Shown here piece by piece: positions 12,234 to 24,615 of a stretch of 64,000 nucleotides of DNA. Positions within the stretch are counted from its first letter, which is position 1. Each line of letters starts with the position of its first letter. This DNA comes from Leucoraja erinacea (Eukaryota). The stretch spans positions 38,502,001 to 38,566,000 of the forward strand of contig NC_073387.1 of the NCBI RefSeq assembly GCF_028641065.1. Reading direction: 5' to 3'. A program made the translations under genes and the position numbers. Below the pieces are notes generated by a model. That model saw only the letters and a list, made by a program, of their open reading frames with translations. It was not told where the DNA came from and ran no database searches.

Positions 12234-12311
12234 AAATGTAGCCAGATCCATTATGGAGGTTTACTTCATATATAACAACGGAACAGCTATAGCACCCAAC
12301 AACCTTAACGG
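12234..12311 (+). CDS. CDHR2: CDHR2 exon: NVARSIMEVYFIYNNGTAIAPNNLN
   Basis: ctctcttag acceptor, gtatgt donor; resembles human YFVFPNGSAL. Confidence 0.88.
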
Positions 12312-12639
12312 GTATGTCTTATGTCTATCATTTATGTTGTATATGCCTTCAAAAAACATCTGTGTAAAAGCACAAGATGTAGTCAAGCTCATACTCTGAT
12401 TTAGGACTATTCTGGTAGCAAAATGTGATTATAGAACTATAGATTACTTCATAATTTGTCATATACATTTACACAGCATCAATCTCCACTGTACAATCAC
12501 AGACCCTTCAGTCCACCAAGACCAAGCTAACCATTGAACAGCTTTTTTATAATAATCTCATTTTATTCTTCACCTATTTCCTTCTCTCCCTGGATTCTAC
12601 CACTAACCTATCCATTCGCCAATGATTAGGATCTATTTG

Positions 12640-13175
12640 CATGGCCAAGACAGGACAGTAAATAGTGGAGGTGTCATAGAACAGAGGGACCCTGGGGTGA
12701 AGGTACATAGTTCCATGAAAGTGGTAACACAGGGTGACAGGTAGATGAAGAAGGCAGTTGCCACCCTGTCCTTGAGTACATTAATTGGGATGTCATGTTA
12801 CACCTTACAAGATACATAGAAACATAGAAACTTAGAAATTAGGTGCAGGAGTAGGCCATTCGGCCCTTCGAGCCTGCACCGCCATTCAATATGATCATGG
12901 CTGATCATCCAACTCAGTATCCCGTACCTGCCTTCTCTCCATACCCCCTGATCCCCTTAGCCACAAGGGCCACATCTAACTCCCTCTTAAATATAGCCAA
13001 TGAACTGGCCTCAACTACCCTCTGTGGCAGAGAGTTCCAGAGATTCACCACTCTCTGCGTGAAAAAGTATCTCGGTTTTAAAGGATTTCCCCTTTACTGG
13101 TAAGGCTACATTTGGAGTACTGTTTTATACTGGTTGCCCTGCTATAGAAAATATGTCAATATACTAGAAATGGTG
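12640..13175. mobile_element. Old CR1 fragment (+) with a nested young CR1 3' end (-, 12814-13095)
   Basis: The + copy is split between LYK and LVRLHLEYC; the inner copy matches 16607-16890. Confidence 0.8.
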
Positions 13176-13179
13176 TAGA

Positions 13180-13910
13180 CAGACAGGAAGCAGCATGTGG
13201 GGCTGGGGAAGCACATCTCAGACCCGCAAACCCTCAGCATAGGAGCTCTGCAAGACTGCGTACTCTCCCTTCTTCTTTACTCTCTCTCTACACCAACAAT
13301 TGCACCTCCCCAGACTCCTCTGTCAAGCTTCCCAAGTTTGCTGACGACACAACCCTGATTGGACTGATCCAGGATGGGGAGGAATCTGCCAACAGACAGG
13401 AAGTGACACAGCTGGTGTCCTGGTGCCATCGCAACAACCTGCAGCTCAATGCTCTTAAGATAGTGGAATTGAGAGTAGACTTTAGGAGAGCTCCCCCTCC
13501 CCTCACCCCACTCACCATCAACAACATCACAGTCACATCTGTGCAGTATTTTAAGTTCCTGGGAACCATCATCTCCAAGGACCTTAAATGGGGGGGGGGG
13601 GGGGGTGTGGGGTGGGGCGGTACCATCGACTCCACAGTCAAAAAGGCACAACAGAGGATGTATATAGATCGAATGATGCGCTGCAGCCTCCGGATGTCAT
13701 GCTTGAGCCAAACCAGAACATGATGGAGAAGGTGAGGACAGACTCTATGATTGCAGTATAAAATTGGACCATCATTGCCTGTGGCAGATTGTGTTTTCTC
13801 AGTTGCCGTGGGAGGTACATCCTCTGTCGGGCCTTTTTGACAGTGGAGTCAACAGGTGGCCTCCCATTTAAGGTCCCTGGGGATGATGATTCCAAGGAAC
13901 TTAAATGACT
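13180..13910 (+). mobile_element. Rex1/Babar-like non-LTR retrotransposon RT fragment with an internal inversion
   Basis: KFADDTTLIGLI, WCHRNNLQLNALK.VE..VDFRR, FKFLGTIIS, KKAQQRMY; continuation on the minus strand (YTAIIESVLTFSI). Confidence 0.75.
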
Positions 13911-13954
13911 GCAAAATGCAGGGGGTCCAGCAGGGGGTTTGTGATAGCCAACAC

Positions 13955-14550
13955 AAGTCAAGTCAAGAGTCAAGAGTGTTTTATTGTCATATGTCCCAGA
14001 CGGGACAATGAAATTCTTACTTGCTGCAGCACAATAGAATATGTGAATATGTAAACATTGTATATAACGGGGAAAAAAAAGAAAAAGTTCAATAAATAAC
14101 AAATATAGTGCAAATAACAAATAATAATATAGTATTTTGCAGTTCATAGCTTATTCAATGTGATTAATAGCCTGATGGCTGTGGGGAAGCAGCTGTTCCT
14201 GAACCTGGATGTTACAGTCTTCAGGCTCCTGTACCTTCTTCCTGATGGCAGTGGTGAGATAAGTGTGTGGTCAAGATGGTGGGGTCCTTGATGATTTTGG
14301 CTGCCTTTTTGAGGCAGCAACTACAATAGATCCCTTCGACAGTGGGGAGGTCAAAGCTGGTGATGGACTGGACAGTGGTCACAACTTTTTGTAGTCTATT
14401 TTGTTCCTGGACGTTCAAGTTACCGAACCAGGCCATGATGCAACCAGTCAGAATTCTACAGTGTACCTGTGGAAGTTCAGGAAAATCCTCTTCTGCATGC
14501 CAAATCTCCATAATCTTCTCAGGAAGTAGAGTCGCTGATGTTCCTTCTTT
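13955..14550 (-). mobile_element. Rex1/Babar-like 3' end
   Basis: ILTGCIMAWFGN..RLQKVV..AQSIT..LP; (cttgact)n tail after aataaa. Confidence 0.7.
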
Positions 14551-14554
14551 ACAA

Positions 14555-15205
14555 TTGCAAAGGTTTATTTTTTAGTTGTGTATATGTTGGGGAGGGGGTG
14601 GGGAGGGAAACTTTAAACTTTTTTATCTCTTCCTTGAACGGAGACGCGACCTTATCCTTGTCGTGTCTCCGTTTGCTGGGGCCTAACCTCGTGGAGCCTC
14701 GGAGGCCTCACTGGCTGGCGTGGAGGCTGTGGTGGCGAGGCGGCGGCTACCCGACTGCGGAGTCTCGGAGGCCTCGGCCGCAGGACCTGTGGACGGTAAA
14801 ATTGGGAGCTCGCAGGTCCCTGGTGGGAGACCGATTTCCGAGAGCTCCCACAATGGCAACTTCGCCAGCCCTGAATCGAGGGGTTTGAAACGGCCCGTCG
14901 CAGGGCCTTACATCGCCCGGTGTGGCTTAATCGGCCGCAGAACTTACCAACGCCCGCCGGGGGCTTTAACATCAGGAGCCTCGATCGCCTCGATGCAGGA
15001 GAAGAATAAAGAACAGGGAAGAGATAAAACTTTTGCCTTCCATCACAGTGAGAAGGTGTTTGGAGATTCACTGTGATGGATGTTTGTATGAAACTGTACT
15101 AATTATGTGTTATGTTTATTTTATTGTTATGACTGCAGGAACAACATTTTGTTCAAACCACTGTCTGTTTGAATGATAATAAATGCAATTTGTATTGTAT
15201 TTGTT
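14555..15205 (+). mobile_element. GC-rich non-autonomous retroelement with a 3' stem-loop and microsatellite tail
   Basis: Hairpin ccatcacagtga...tcactgtgatgg, then aataaa + ttgta repeats; related 3' ends at 23265-23430 (-) and 46935-47145 (+). Confidence 0.55.
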
Positions 15206-16244
15206 GTCCTGGGCTATTGTTAGTGATGGAGAAGTGGCCAGACTGATGTTGGACAGCAAGGAGGGGGTGGGTAGTGGACAAGGGCCCAGTCTTTGCAGAC
15301 TGGAGTCAGGCTGGAAGTGGGTGTGAAGTGGTGATTAGGGAGGAGTTGGTGGGGGAGGGAAGGAGGGGGCACCGGAGTTATGTTTCTGTCTATTGAACCT
15401 GCAGTAGAACTCGTTCAGGTCATTGGTCAACTGACGATTGTCACTATGTAGAGTCACCATCACTATGACTCTGCTGTCCCGATTGTGAAAGAATAGAACA
15501 TTTTCCTTGTAAGAATTATGAAATGCAAATGTTTCTGAGGAGACATTAAAGTTCAAAGTTATTGGAAATTGGGAGTTTGCAGAAGACACAATTGCAGAAC
15601 ACTAGCTTCCATTGTACCAGTTATGTGCTGAGTTTCTTTCACAGGTGGTATGTGTGAAGAGCACAACTGTTAAAGATTTAAGTGATGAGTGCAACTTCTT
15701 CAGGTTTATGCAGCAGGTGATCTTGCTCCACAGTGTAGAGCAAAGTGACTCACTTGAATACTAGCCACAATGAAATGAGAGCATGTCCCAGATAGAACAA
15801 TTAAATTATTGCAGCAGCATAACAGAAAATGTTTATTTCTTGTATATATATATATGCATACATACACATTTTCTGTTATGCTGCTGCAAGTAAGAATTAT
15901 ATTTTCTGTTATGCTGCTGCAAGTACGAATTTATATATATTTATATACGTAAAACCAAACACACATAATAATAGTACAAAATGACAAAACCTAATCTTTT
16001 TGATTGGTTTTGACCAACTAAATCAAAATTTGCAGAAATTTCCAATGGTGATTGATTTATTCCAGGGCATGGTCAATTTATTGGTACATCTTCTAGCTGT
16101 ATGTTTATAAAAACTAATGCAAGATATTGCAGGAGCTTGATTTGGGCTTCTATAATTTGCATTTGAAATTTGTCAATCATTTGCATGGATTATGCTGATT
16201 TTAATGTAGGTGAATTGGTGAAAAAACTAACTGAGTAAAGAGGG

Positions 16245-16553
16245 TATACACAAAATGCTGGAGTAACTCAGCGAGACAGGCAGCATCTCTGGAGAGAAGG
16301 AATGGGTGATGTTTTGGGTTGAGACCCTTCTTCAAACAAAGGGTCTCGACCTGAAACATCACCTATTCCTTGTCTCCTGAGATGTTGAAGGAATGGGTGA
16401 CATTTCTGGTCGAGACCCTTTGTTTGAAGAAGGGTCTCGACCCGAAATGTCACCCATTCCCTCTCCAGAGATGCTGCCTGTCCCGCTGAGTTACTCCAGC
16501 ATTTTGTGTCTATCTTAGGTTTAAACCAGCATCTGCAATTCCTTTCTACACAT
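16245..16553. mobile_element. Nested-palindrome Penelope-terminus element with four hammerhead-like cores
   Basis: Cores in -,+,-,+ order; TSD tgagtaaagaggg (16232-16244) / tgagtagagaggg (16554-16566). Confidence 0.8.
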
Positions 16554-16606
16554 TGAGTAGAGAGGGCACTCACTTACAGTGACACACAGTGGCTTCCCAC
16601 ATAAGT

Positions 16607-18056
16607 ATAGAAACATAGAAACATAGAAATTAGGTGCAGGAGTAGGCCATCCCTTCGAGCCTGCACCGCCATTCAATATGATCATGGCTGATCATCCAAC
16701 TCAGTATCCCGTACCTGCCTTCTCTCCATACCCCCTGATCCCCTTAGCCACAAGGGCCACATCTAACTCCTCTTAAATATAGCCAATGAACTGGCCTCAA
16801 CTACCCTCTGTGGCAGAGAGTTCCAGAGATTCACCACTCTCTGTGTGAAAAAAGTTCTTCTCATCTCGGTTTTAAAGGATTTCCCCTTTATCCTTAAGCT
16901 GTGACCCCTTGTCCTGGACTTCCCTAACATCGGGAACAATCTTCCTGCATCTAGCCTGTCCAACCCCTTAAGAATTTTGTAAGTTTCTATAAGATCCCCT
17001 CTCAATCTTCTAAATTCTAGAGCAGTATAACACCAAGTCTATCCAGTCTTTCTTCATAAGACAGTCCTGACATCCCAGGAATCAGTCTGGTGATGCTCTG
17101 CACTCCCTCTATAGCAATAATGTCCTTCCTCAGATTTGGAGACCAAAACTGTACGCAATACTCCAGGTGTGGTCTCACCAAGACCCTGTACAACTGCAGT
17201 AGAACCTCTCTGCTCCTATACTCAAATCCTTTTGCAAAGAAAGCTAACATACCATTCGCTTTCTTTACTGCCTGCTGCACCTGTATGCCTACCTTCAATG
17301 ACTGGTGTACCATGACACCCAGGTCTCGCTGCATCTCCCCCTTTCCCAATCGGCCACCATTTAGATAATAGTCTGCTTTCCTGTTTTTGCCACCAAAATG
17401 GATAACCTCACATTTATCCACATTATACTGCATCTGCCAAACATTTGCCCACTCACCCAGCCTATCCAAGTCACCCTGCAGTCTCCTAGCATCCTCCTCA
17501 CAGCTAACACTGCCCCCCAGCTTAGTGTCATCCGCAAACTTGGAGATATTGCCTTCAATTCCCTCATCCAGATCATTAATATATATTGTAAATAGCTGGG
17601 GTCCCAGTACTGAGCCTTGGGGTACCCCACTAGTCACTGCCTGCCATTGTGAAAAGGACCCGTTTACTCCTACTCTTTGCTTCCTGTTTGCCAGCCAGTT
17701 CTCTATCCACATCAATACTGAACCCCCAATGCCTTGTGCTTTAAGTTTGTATACTAATCTCTTATGTGGGACCTTGTCGAAAGCCTTCTGGAAGTCCAGA
17801 TACACCACATCCACTGGTTCTCCCCTATCAACGCTACTAGTTACATCCTCAAAAAATTCTATAAGATTCGTCAGACATGATTTACCTTTCGTAAATCCAT
17901 GCTGACTTTGTCCAATGATTTCACCACTTTCCAAATGTGCTGCTATCCCATCTTTAATAACTGACTCTAGCAGTTTCCCCACTACCGATGTTAGACTAAG
18001 TGGTCTGTAATTCCCCATTTTCTCTCTCCCTCCCTTCTTAAAAAGTGGGGTTACGT
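16607..18056 (-). mobile_element. CR1-clade LINE (HER1-like), 5'-truncated, young
   Basis: ORF 17017-18096 has NYRPLSLTS, YLDFQKAFDKVPH, GVPQGSVLGP, KFADD and VRPHLEYCVQFWSP; 3' UTR with (tttctatg)n tail. Confidence 0.95.
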
Positions 18057-18892
18057 ATGTCCCAAGGCACTCTGCATCCAATGTTGTCTGTGACATGTAT
18101 TAGTGCAGCAGCTGTTTTGCACACTGTACAAACAGCAAATGAATAAATGAACAGTTAATTTGTTTTCAGTCATGTCATTTTAGAAAAGAATGTTAGCTTG
18201 ACTGTTCAAAGAAATAATGGTGATCCTTCGAATAGCAAATCCGTGAATTTGCCAAGCAAGCAGATATTTACTTAATGTAATCTGTGACAGTGATATCCTG
18301 CTGTGTGATATTTTCAATACGCTGCTTAATTTTGTCACCCTAATGCTTTTTGAAAAATGTCTCTTTAACATCACAACAGATTTATTAAATTGTTTATTTA
18401 AATTGTATTAACTACGTGGCTGCGGAAAACAACTGGGAATATAAAAGCTGGAATAGATAATTTAGTCATTTGAGTCTGTAACGTTGTCAGTGCCAAACGT
18501 GGCGACACTTGTGTACTGCCTGGATGAAGTCTACTATACAATTTTACTGGGTTGTATGCAAAACAAAGTGTTTCGCTGTACCTGTGTACATGTGACAATA
18601 AAGTATGATTGAATCTTTGAATAATCCTTTGAGCCTATTCCATCATGTTCATGTGGGATCTAAATCCACAAACCCATTTTTTACCTCCTATAACACCATC
18701 ATTTGATTTTTAAAAATCACCTTTTTAGGCTGAAAAGCCTTCTTTGTGTAATACGTTTCTGTGAATCTATGTCTCAATTTCAATTATGCCAGAATAATTT
18801 TCACAGCTCAAGTTATATTTGAGATTACTGTTTCGTACCACCGAGTTGAATGTCAAATTTGATTGCTCTGATTGTGATTTTCTCCTTTTCAG

Positions 18893-18953
18893 CATTCTCC
18901 AACATGATCCAGAGTCTGTAAATGAATTGATAGAGCTTGGTCTTCTGAATATT
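18893..18953 (+). CDS. CDHR2: CDHR2 exon: ILQHDPESVNELIELGLLNI
   Basis: ccttttcag acceptor, gtaagt donor, phase 2 to 0; resembles human IRNDQDSLTQLLQLGL. Confidence 0.88.
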
Positions 18954-19044
18954 GTAAGTACACAAAAAGTTTGGAATCTAGATAAAGGCTAAGTTTTATA
19001 TGTCGAGAAGCACTGCTGTAAAAATTAGACAGATTGTAAAAGTT

Positions 19045-19320
19045 GTATGAGGTGAGAAAAAACTTTTTCACCCAGAGTTGTGAATTTATGGATTTCCATG
19101 CCACAGAGGGCAGTGGAGGCCAAGTCACTGGATGGATTTAAGAGAGAGTTAGATAGAGCTATAGGGGCTAGTGGAGTCAAGGGATATGGGGAGAAGGCAG
19201 GCCCGGTTATTGATAGGGGACGATCAGCCATGATCACAATGTATGGCGGTGCTGGCTCAAAGGGTCGAATGGCCTCCTCCTGCACCTATTTTCTATGTTT
19301 CTATTTTCTATATTTCTATG
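19045..19320 (+). mobile_element. CR1 LINE 3' end
   Basis: FFTQRVVNLW-coding segment, UTR, tttctatg tail. Confidence 0.85.
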
Positions 19321-20254
19321 TCTGAGTATTAAACTACTGGGAACCAATAAAATGGAAGAAACCAAATTTGAGTTTATTTTAAGTGAAGAAAAACACTGGT
19401 AGATGCAAGTTGTCTGACTATTGCACAGAACATTTTCTTTCTATTACCTTCTCTGGAACAGAAAATCAATCTGCTTGCACAATGAATGTTCAATTTTCTT
19501 TCTGTTCATCTTTTATGTCATCTTTCTGTTGCTGCTGAAAGTTTAAAAAAAACACTTCTTTTTTTCAATGGACAAACAACATCTGCTGGACATTTTTTTC
19601 TGCTTTTCTGAAAACTGTTCTCTCTCCCCGTTTCCTTTTATCTTTCTCTCGTGTTCATTCTGTACTAATAGTTTCTCTTGATTTGATTGGGGAGAAAGAT
19701 TGAGAGAAACGTTAGGGGGGAGAGGGGGAGGAGAGGGGGTAGGGTGCAAAGAGGGGGGAAGGGCATGTCTTCCATACTCTCACCAGATTGAGGAAAAATG
19801 TTAACACTGTTGAAGATGGAGCATGATCTCAATAGGGTGGATTATGTTTGACAAAACCCTCGCCTTGCATTTATCCATCCCCTGGTCAAAATCAGGTAGA
19901 TCATTACTTTAGTTCAGACTGGTTGTGCCACTAGATGCTTTTGGTTTCTACAGAGAATGGTGAGTTGTTTTATTTTCACTGCCCTCATCAAGGAAAATAC
20001 TGGGAAATAGCAGTATCCATCAAGAGATTATACAATTGTGTGGGAGAGCAGAAAATCTGATCATTAGTCAATTGTGACCAAACTTACTTATCTATTGAAA
20101 TATGCTGATTCAAAATCATAATTATGGTTTCTTTTGTAGCTGTCTAAAATTCCATTCCAATTATTTTACTTGTATCACATGATTAAAAAACCCATTAATG
20201 AATATCAATTGTATTTCTTATAAACTGCATTTTATTGAATTTTGTATGTTCCAG

Positions 20255-20376
20255 AAAGAAACAACCAAACCCATTAATGGTGAAAGTCTACTCATTGTTA
20301 TCATTGGCGGATTGATAGCAGGTTTCGTTATTGTATTAGCCATCATGATAACCCTTCTGTTCTGTGTTCGCAAAAG
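20255..20376 (+). CDS. CDHR2: CDHR2 transmembrane exon: KETTKPINGESLLIVIIGGLIAGFVIVLAIMITLLFCVRK
   Basis: gttccag acceptor, AG|gtatct donor; about 25-residue hydrophobic helix followed by CVRK. Confidence 0.92.
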
Positions 20377-21234
20377 GTATCTATACAAGCAACACGCGGA
20401 AAAGCAGTTTAAAAAATCTTTAATTAACGTTCCATATATAAGTTTTAAATTTGTCTTTCTCATTGGTCATGGATTCTGCTCAATGAATAGCTGAGCCTTG
20501 CGTTTGGAAAGTCCTAAGCTTGAACCTTGATTTTTGCAACAATGCTGTCACTTGTAATGATGGTGGAAGTATTATATTCAGAATCTTAGCCACTTTTGCA
20601 TCTCAGGTCCAACTATTTTCTGCTTGATCATCTGTGGAAATGGTTAGAATTTCAACGTCCAATAAAAACCTGGAATTTTTATCAAAGCCTTAAATCTTTG
20701 ATTGGAGGGTGTATTGCAGAGTTTGTTGCCTTATCCTTAAGATTCTATTCTGGAGAAGTTTAGTTTTTCCATCAAGATTTAACAACATGCATGGAACGTA
20801 ATAGCAACATGGAGTATGTAGCATAATGTCACCGTAATGACACTGATGTCGCACAATGTCCGTGTCTCTCTTAATAAATCAGCATTGAGGAAGCAGCAAC
20901 TAATAGCTTTCCCACTCTTCACTGTGGAAATATACCTTAAGGCTGCAGCCTGATCCCGCATAGGCTGGCACAGATTCTGGCTGAAGGATTTGTGGTAATT
21001 AGTCATTATTAACATATTACCATCGACAAAAGAGATTAATTTGTTAATAATAGTCAGAATAATGTTTGGATGATGTGAAGGGGTTCTAACTGGAATAAAT
21101 TCATGTTTCTGCGCATTTGGTTGAAAGGAAACAATTTAGATTCCAGGACCTGTCAGAAATTACCTTGGAGCCCTTTATTCCTTACAAATGGCTGCCTGGA
21201 TATTTTTACCAACATGAAGAGAAAATAATTATTT

Positions 21235-21501
21235 GTAGCGTGGCACTGCAGATGCTGGTTTAAACCAAAGACAGACACAAAATGCTTGAGTTACTCAGCA
21301 GGACAGGCAGCATCTCTGAAGAGAAGGAAGGTGTAACATTTCTGGTCGAGACCCTTCTTCAATCTGAAGAAGGGTGGCGTTTTGGGTCGAAGAAGGGTCT
21401 TCAGTCTGAAGAAGGGTCTTGACCCGAAACATCATCCATTCCTTCTCTCCAGTGCTGCTGCCTGGACCACTGAGTTACTCCAGCATTTTGTGTCTATCTT
21501 T
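21235..21501. mobile_element. Palindromic Penelope-terminus element
   Basis: Inverted termini with several partial cores; TSD gaaaataattattt / gaaaataattgttt. Confidence 0.78.
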
Positions 21502-22355
21502 GAAAATAATTGTTTTTCAGAAATATTCCATTTCAAATATGATTTTTGAACAAAATGAGCAGCATTTGATTTAGCATCAAATCCTTGCAAAAATATTTAA
21601 AATACAATCTCTCAATTCTAATTGTAGTACTGTTATGAGGATATTCGTTAGATCTATATATCACCTAGGTCACAACTCTTTATAAATGAAGCTGGTTTGC
21701 TTTCAATACAGAAGGCCGATACTAAAGAGTTACTTAAGACCTCTTGTATCCTGGGAAGCACAGATCCACCCTACATAATCTATCAATAACCTGTTACCTG
21801 CTTTGATCTTCCTCTGAATTTTGAAAATACTTCAATATTAGTATCATGTTTTGACAATTCTACAGGGAATCTCAGTTCCTGTAGCTATCAAAGCCACCAG
21901 TCACACTTACATTTAAAAAAACCACGTAGTTCTGCAAACCTCTGTCACTCAGTGTCATAAAGCAAGTTCCCCATACCACCACCTAGTCACTAGATATCAA
22001 GATTCAAGTGCTCATGTTTTTCTACTACACCTGCAAAGCTAAAACCAGAGTGAACAAAACTAATAATGAGCAAAAAACAAAATGCTGGAGGAACTCAGAA
22101 GACCTGACAGCATCTGTGAGGGAAAATTGTTTTTTTTTTTTTTAAATATTGGAAATCTTGAACAGGTCAGGATGCATCTGGGGAGTGAAAGTGATCCTTC
22201 TTCAGAAAGGATTGTATTGCCATATAACATATTTCACACTCATAAAGCAAAGGATGAAATATCGTGGGGAAAATCAATCTCACTTGTTTATGATATGCAT
22301 ATTGACATTTTTCTGCTGATAATATATTAATTATGTTGTGTACACCTTCCTGCAG

Positions 22356-22469
22356 TTACAAAAGAAAATTAAAATCAGCAACTGCAATGAACACAGCTAA
22401 AACAATTTCCTTTGATGCACTACAGAGTGGACCTGTAGTTCCTGGCACAAATAAATACACCATGGAAGG
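22356..22469 (+). CDS. CDHR2: CDHR2 cytoplasmic exon: YKRKLKSATAMNTAKTISFDALQSGPVVPGTNKYTME
   Basis: cctgcag acceptor, gtgagt donor; SY.RKL and PGTN.Y motifs. Confidence 0.92.
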
Positions 22470-22599
22470 GTGAGTCAAGCAAAGTTGCAGAAAAATAGCT
22501 TTTAATTTAAAAGAGCATTTAAATTTATATATTATTCTAATTTAAAAAAACACGTAATTATATGTTATAATAGTAGAATTAATAAACTTTAGTGGTATC

Positions 22600-22792
22600 A
22601 TTGGTATCATTTAAAAATTGGTATCATTTAAAAAATAAATTGGATAGGCATATGGATGAGAAGGGAATGGAGGGTTATGGTATGAGTGCAGGCAGGTGGG
22701 ACTAAGGGGAAAAAAATTTGTTCGGCACGGACTTGTAGGGCCGAGATGGCCTGTTTCCGTGCTGTAATTGTTATATGGTTATATGGTTATAT
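22600..22792 (+). mobile_element. CR1 LINE 3' end, different subfamily, (atatggtt)n tail
   Basis: FKNKLDRHMD-coding end, then gggccgagatggcctgtttccgtgctgt tail shared with HE1. Confidence 0.75.
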
Positions 22793-23201
22793 AGTGGCAA
22801 ACAAATCTATAAATATAGCATTGAAGCCCTGATAGGATATACAAACCACGGATGCTGTTTGCTCTTTGGTACCACAATAAATATTGATGAATGACCCCGT
22901 TTTTGTTGTTCATCACTAGTTCCTGAGGTGGACCGTGACACTGTGATTCTTTTAGCATTGTGTAGATGTTGGGAAGCTTTGTCTGGAACTGCTGTAGGTG
23001 ACTGCCATTGACAGATAACTAGATCACTGAGAATATTACAACCACCAAGTGTGGTCCTTGATCATTGGTTATTCTCCTATACTGTAATTGAACAGTGAGT
23101 GGCCATATCCCTTTAAATATATCAATCGTGTACTGCAAACAGCCAGGTTTAATATTGGCTGGCAAATGAAGGTAAGTACACAAAAGCAGTTCCCCCTTCC
23201 A

Positions 23202-23605
23202 GGGCAGCACAGCAGCACAGTGGTAGAGTTCTGCCTTACAATGCCATAGACCCAGGTTCGATCATAAGGTAAGGTAAGGTTCATTTATTGTCACATACAC
23301 CAATTGGTGCCATGAAATTTCACTGGCCAGGTCAATCATATAATTTAAAAAAGCAACAGACCCAAAAATACATTTTAACATAAACATCCATCACAGTGAC
23401 TCCCACACATTCTTCACTGGGATGGAAGGCGATCCTGACCTTGGGTGCTGTCTGTAAGGAATTTACGCGTTCTCCCAAGACTGTGTGGGTTTTCTCTGGT
23501 TTCCTCCCACACTCCAAAGATGTGCAGTTTATAGATTAGTTGGCTTCTGTAAATTGTGCCTCGTTGTGTAGGATGGAACTACTGTATGGGGTCGGCGTGG
23601 ACTCT
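23202..23605 (+). mobile_element. HE1-type V-SINE with a nested insertion (about 23265-23430)
   Basis: Head ends at ggttcgatc and resumes at cgatcctgacc after the insert. Confidence 0.75.
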
Positions 23606-24035
23606 GATTTAATTTTACGATGATGTCCCGCTATGTTTCTTTGCTCTACAGAAGGAAATGTTTCCCCAGACCTAAAAATACTTTGAATCGTAAAGCATTA
23701 CTGTCAGATAACCCCTCAAACTCTACAAATTCAATTGAATGCATGACTTTACTCTTTATTTTCACCCTATTGTAAAAAATAAAATGAATCACCTTCAAGG
23801 CCACTGCATCTGTCCTGAGCTGGAATGTGTAAATTCTTCAAATGAAACTTCAAACAAATGAGGTCAAGGCAAAATTCCTGTCAACGATCACTTCAATAGA
23901 AATTGTGCAAGACTAGAACAGTAAACTAACAAAGAAGGAGTTGTTGATTATTATTGCTAATATAAAAAAAGTGAAGTAAAGAAAATATCCAATTATTTTA
24001 ATTGCTTGTTTTTTTAAATAATCCTGCATCTTTAG

Positions 24036-24113
24036 TGCAAATCCAGTTTGGAACACCAATTTTGACACTTCAACAGACCTCAATTTTGAAGACATTACTT
24101 CAGATCAAGCAAG
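24036..24113 (+). CDS. CDHR2: CDHR2 cytoplasmic exon: ANPVWNTNFDTSTDLNFEDITSDQA
   Basis: ctttag acceptor, AG|gtaaca donor; ANP motif. Confidence 0.88.
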
Positions 24114-24406
24114 GTAACATTGAATAAGCCATCTTCCGTATTTTCTAGGATACTGCATGACATTTCGTGGAGAAATGAGATGAAAATTATTATGTGTAAT
24201 AATTTACGTGATAAGAATTATAATGTAAAGATAAGAATAATTCTCATGATGCAGAAGGGGATCATACAGAGGCAGTGTATTGGTGCCACTAACTACTGTT
24301 TACTGCTCTGACCCCAATGCTATTATGACAAACATCATCTTTGATAGGACTTGTTAATGTGTGGCTAGAGTATATTTGTGTTTCCATTGGTAACCCCCCT
24401 TCTTAA

Positions 24407-24615
24407 ACATAGAAACATAGAAAATAGGTGCAGGAGTAGGCCATTCGAGCCTGCACCGCTATTCAATATGATCATGGCTGATCATCCAACTCAGTATCCT
24501 GTACCTGCCTTCTCTCCATACCCCCTGATCCCTTTAGCCACAAGGGCCACATCTAACTCCCTCTTAAATATAGCCAATGAACTAGCCTCAACTACCTTCT
24601 GTGGCAGAGAGTTCC
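24407..24615 (-). mobile_element. CR1 LINE 3' end (young subfamily)
   Basis: Near-identical to 12814-13040 and 16607-16825. Confidence 0.85.

Noticed and set aside
17090-17905. Plus-strand ORFs up to 172 aa
   Set aside because: Antisense shadows of the CR1 RT frame
19714-19763. G-rich purine tract with quadruplex potential; also poly-G runs at 13589 and 28586
   Set aside because: Low-complexity sequence, homopolymer lengths unreliable, no supporting context
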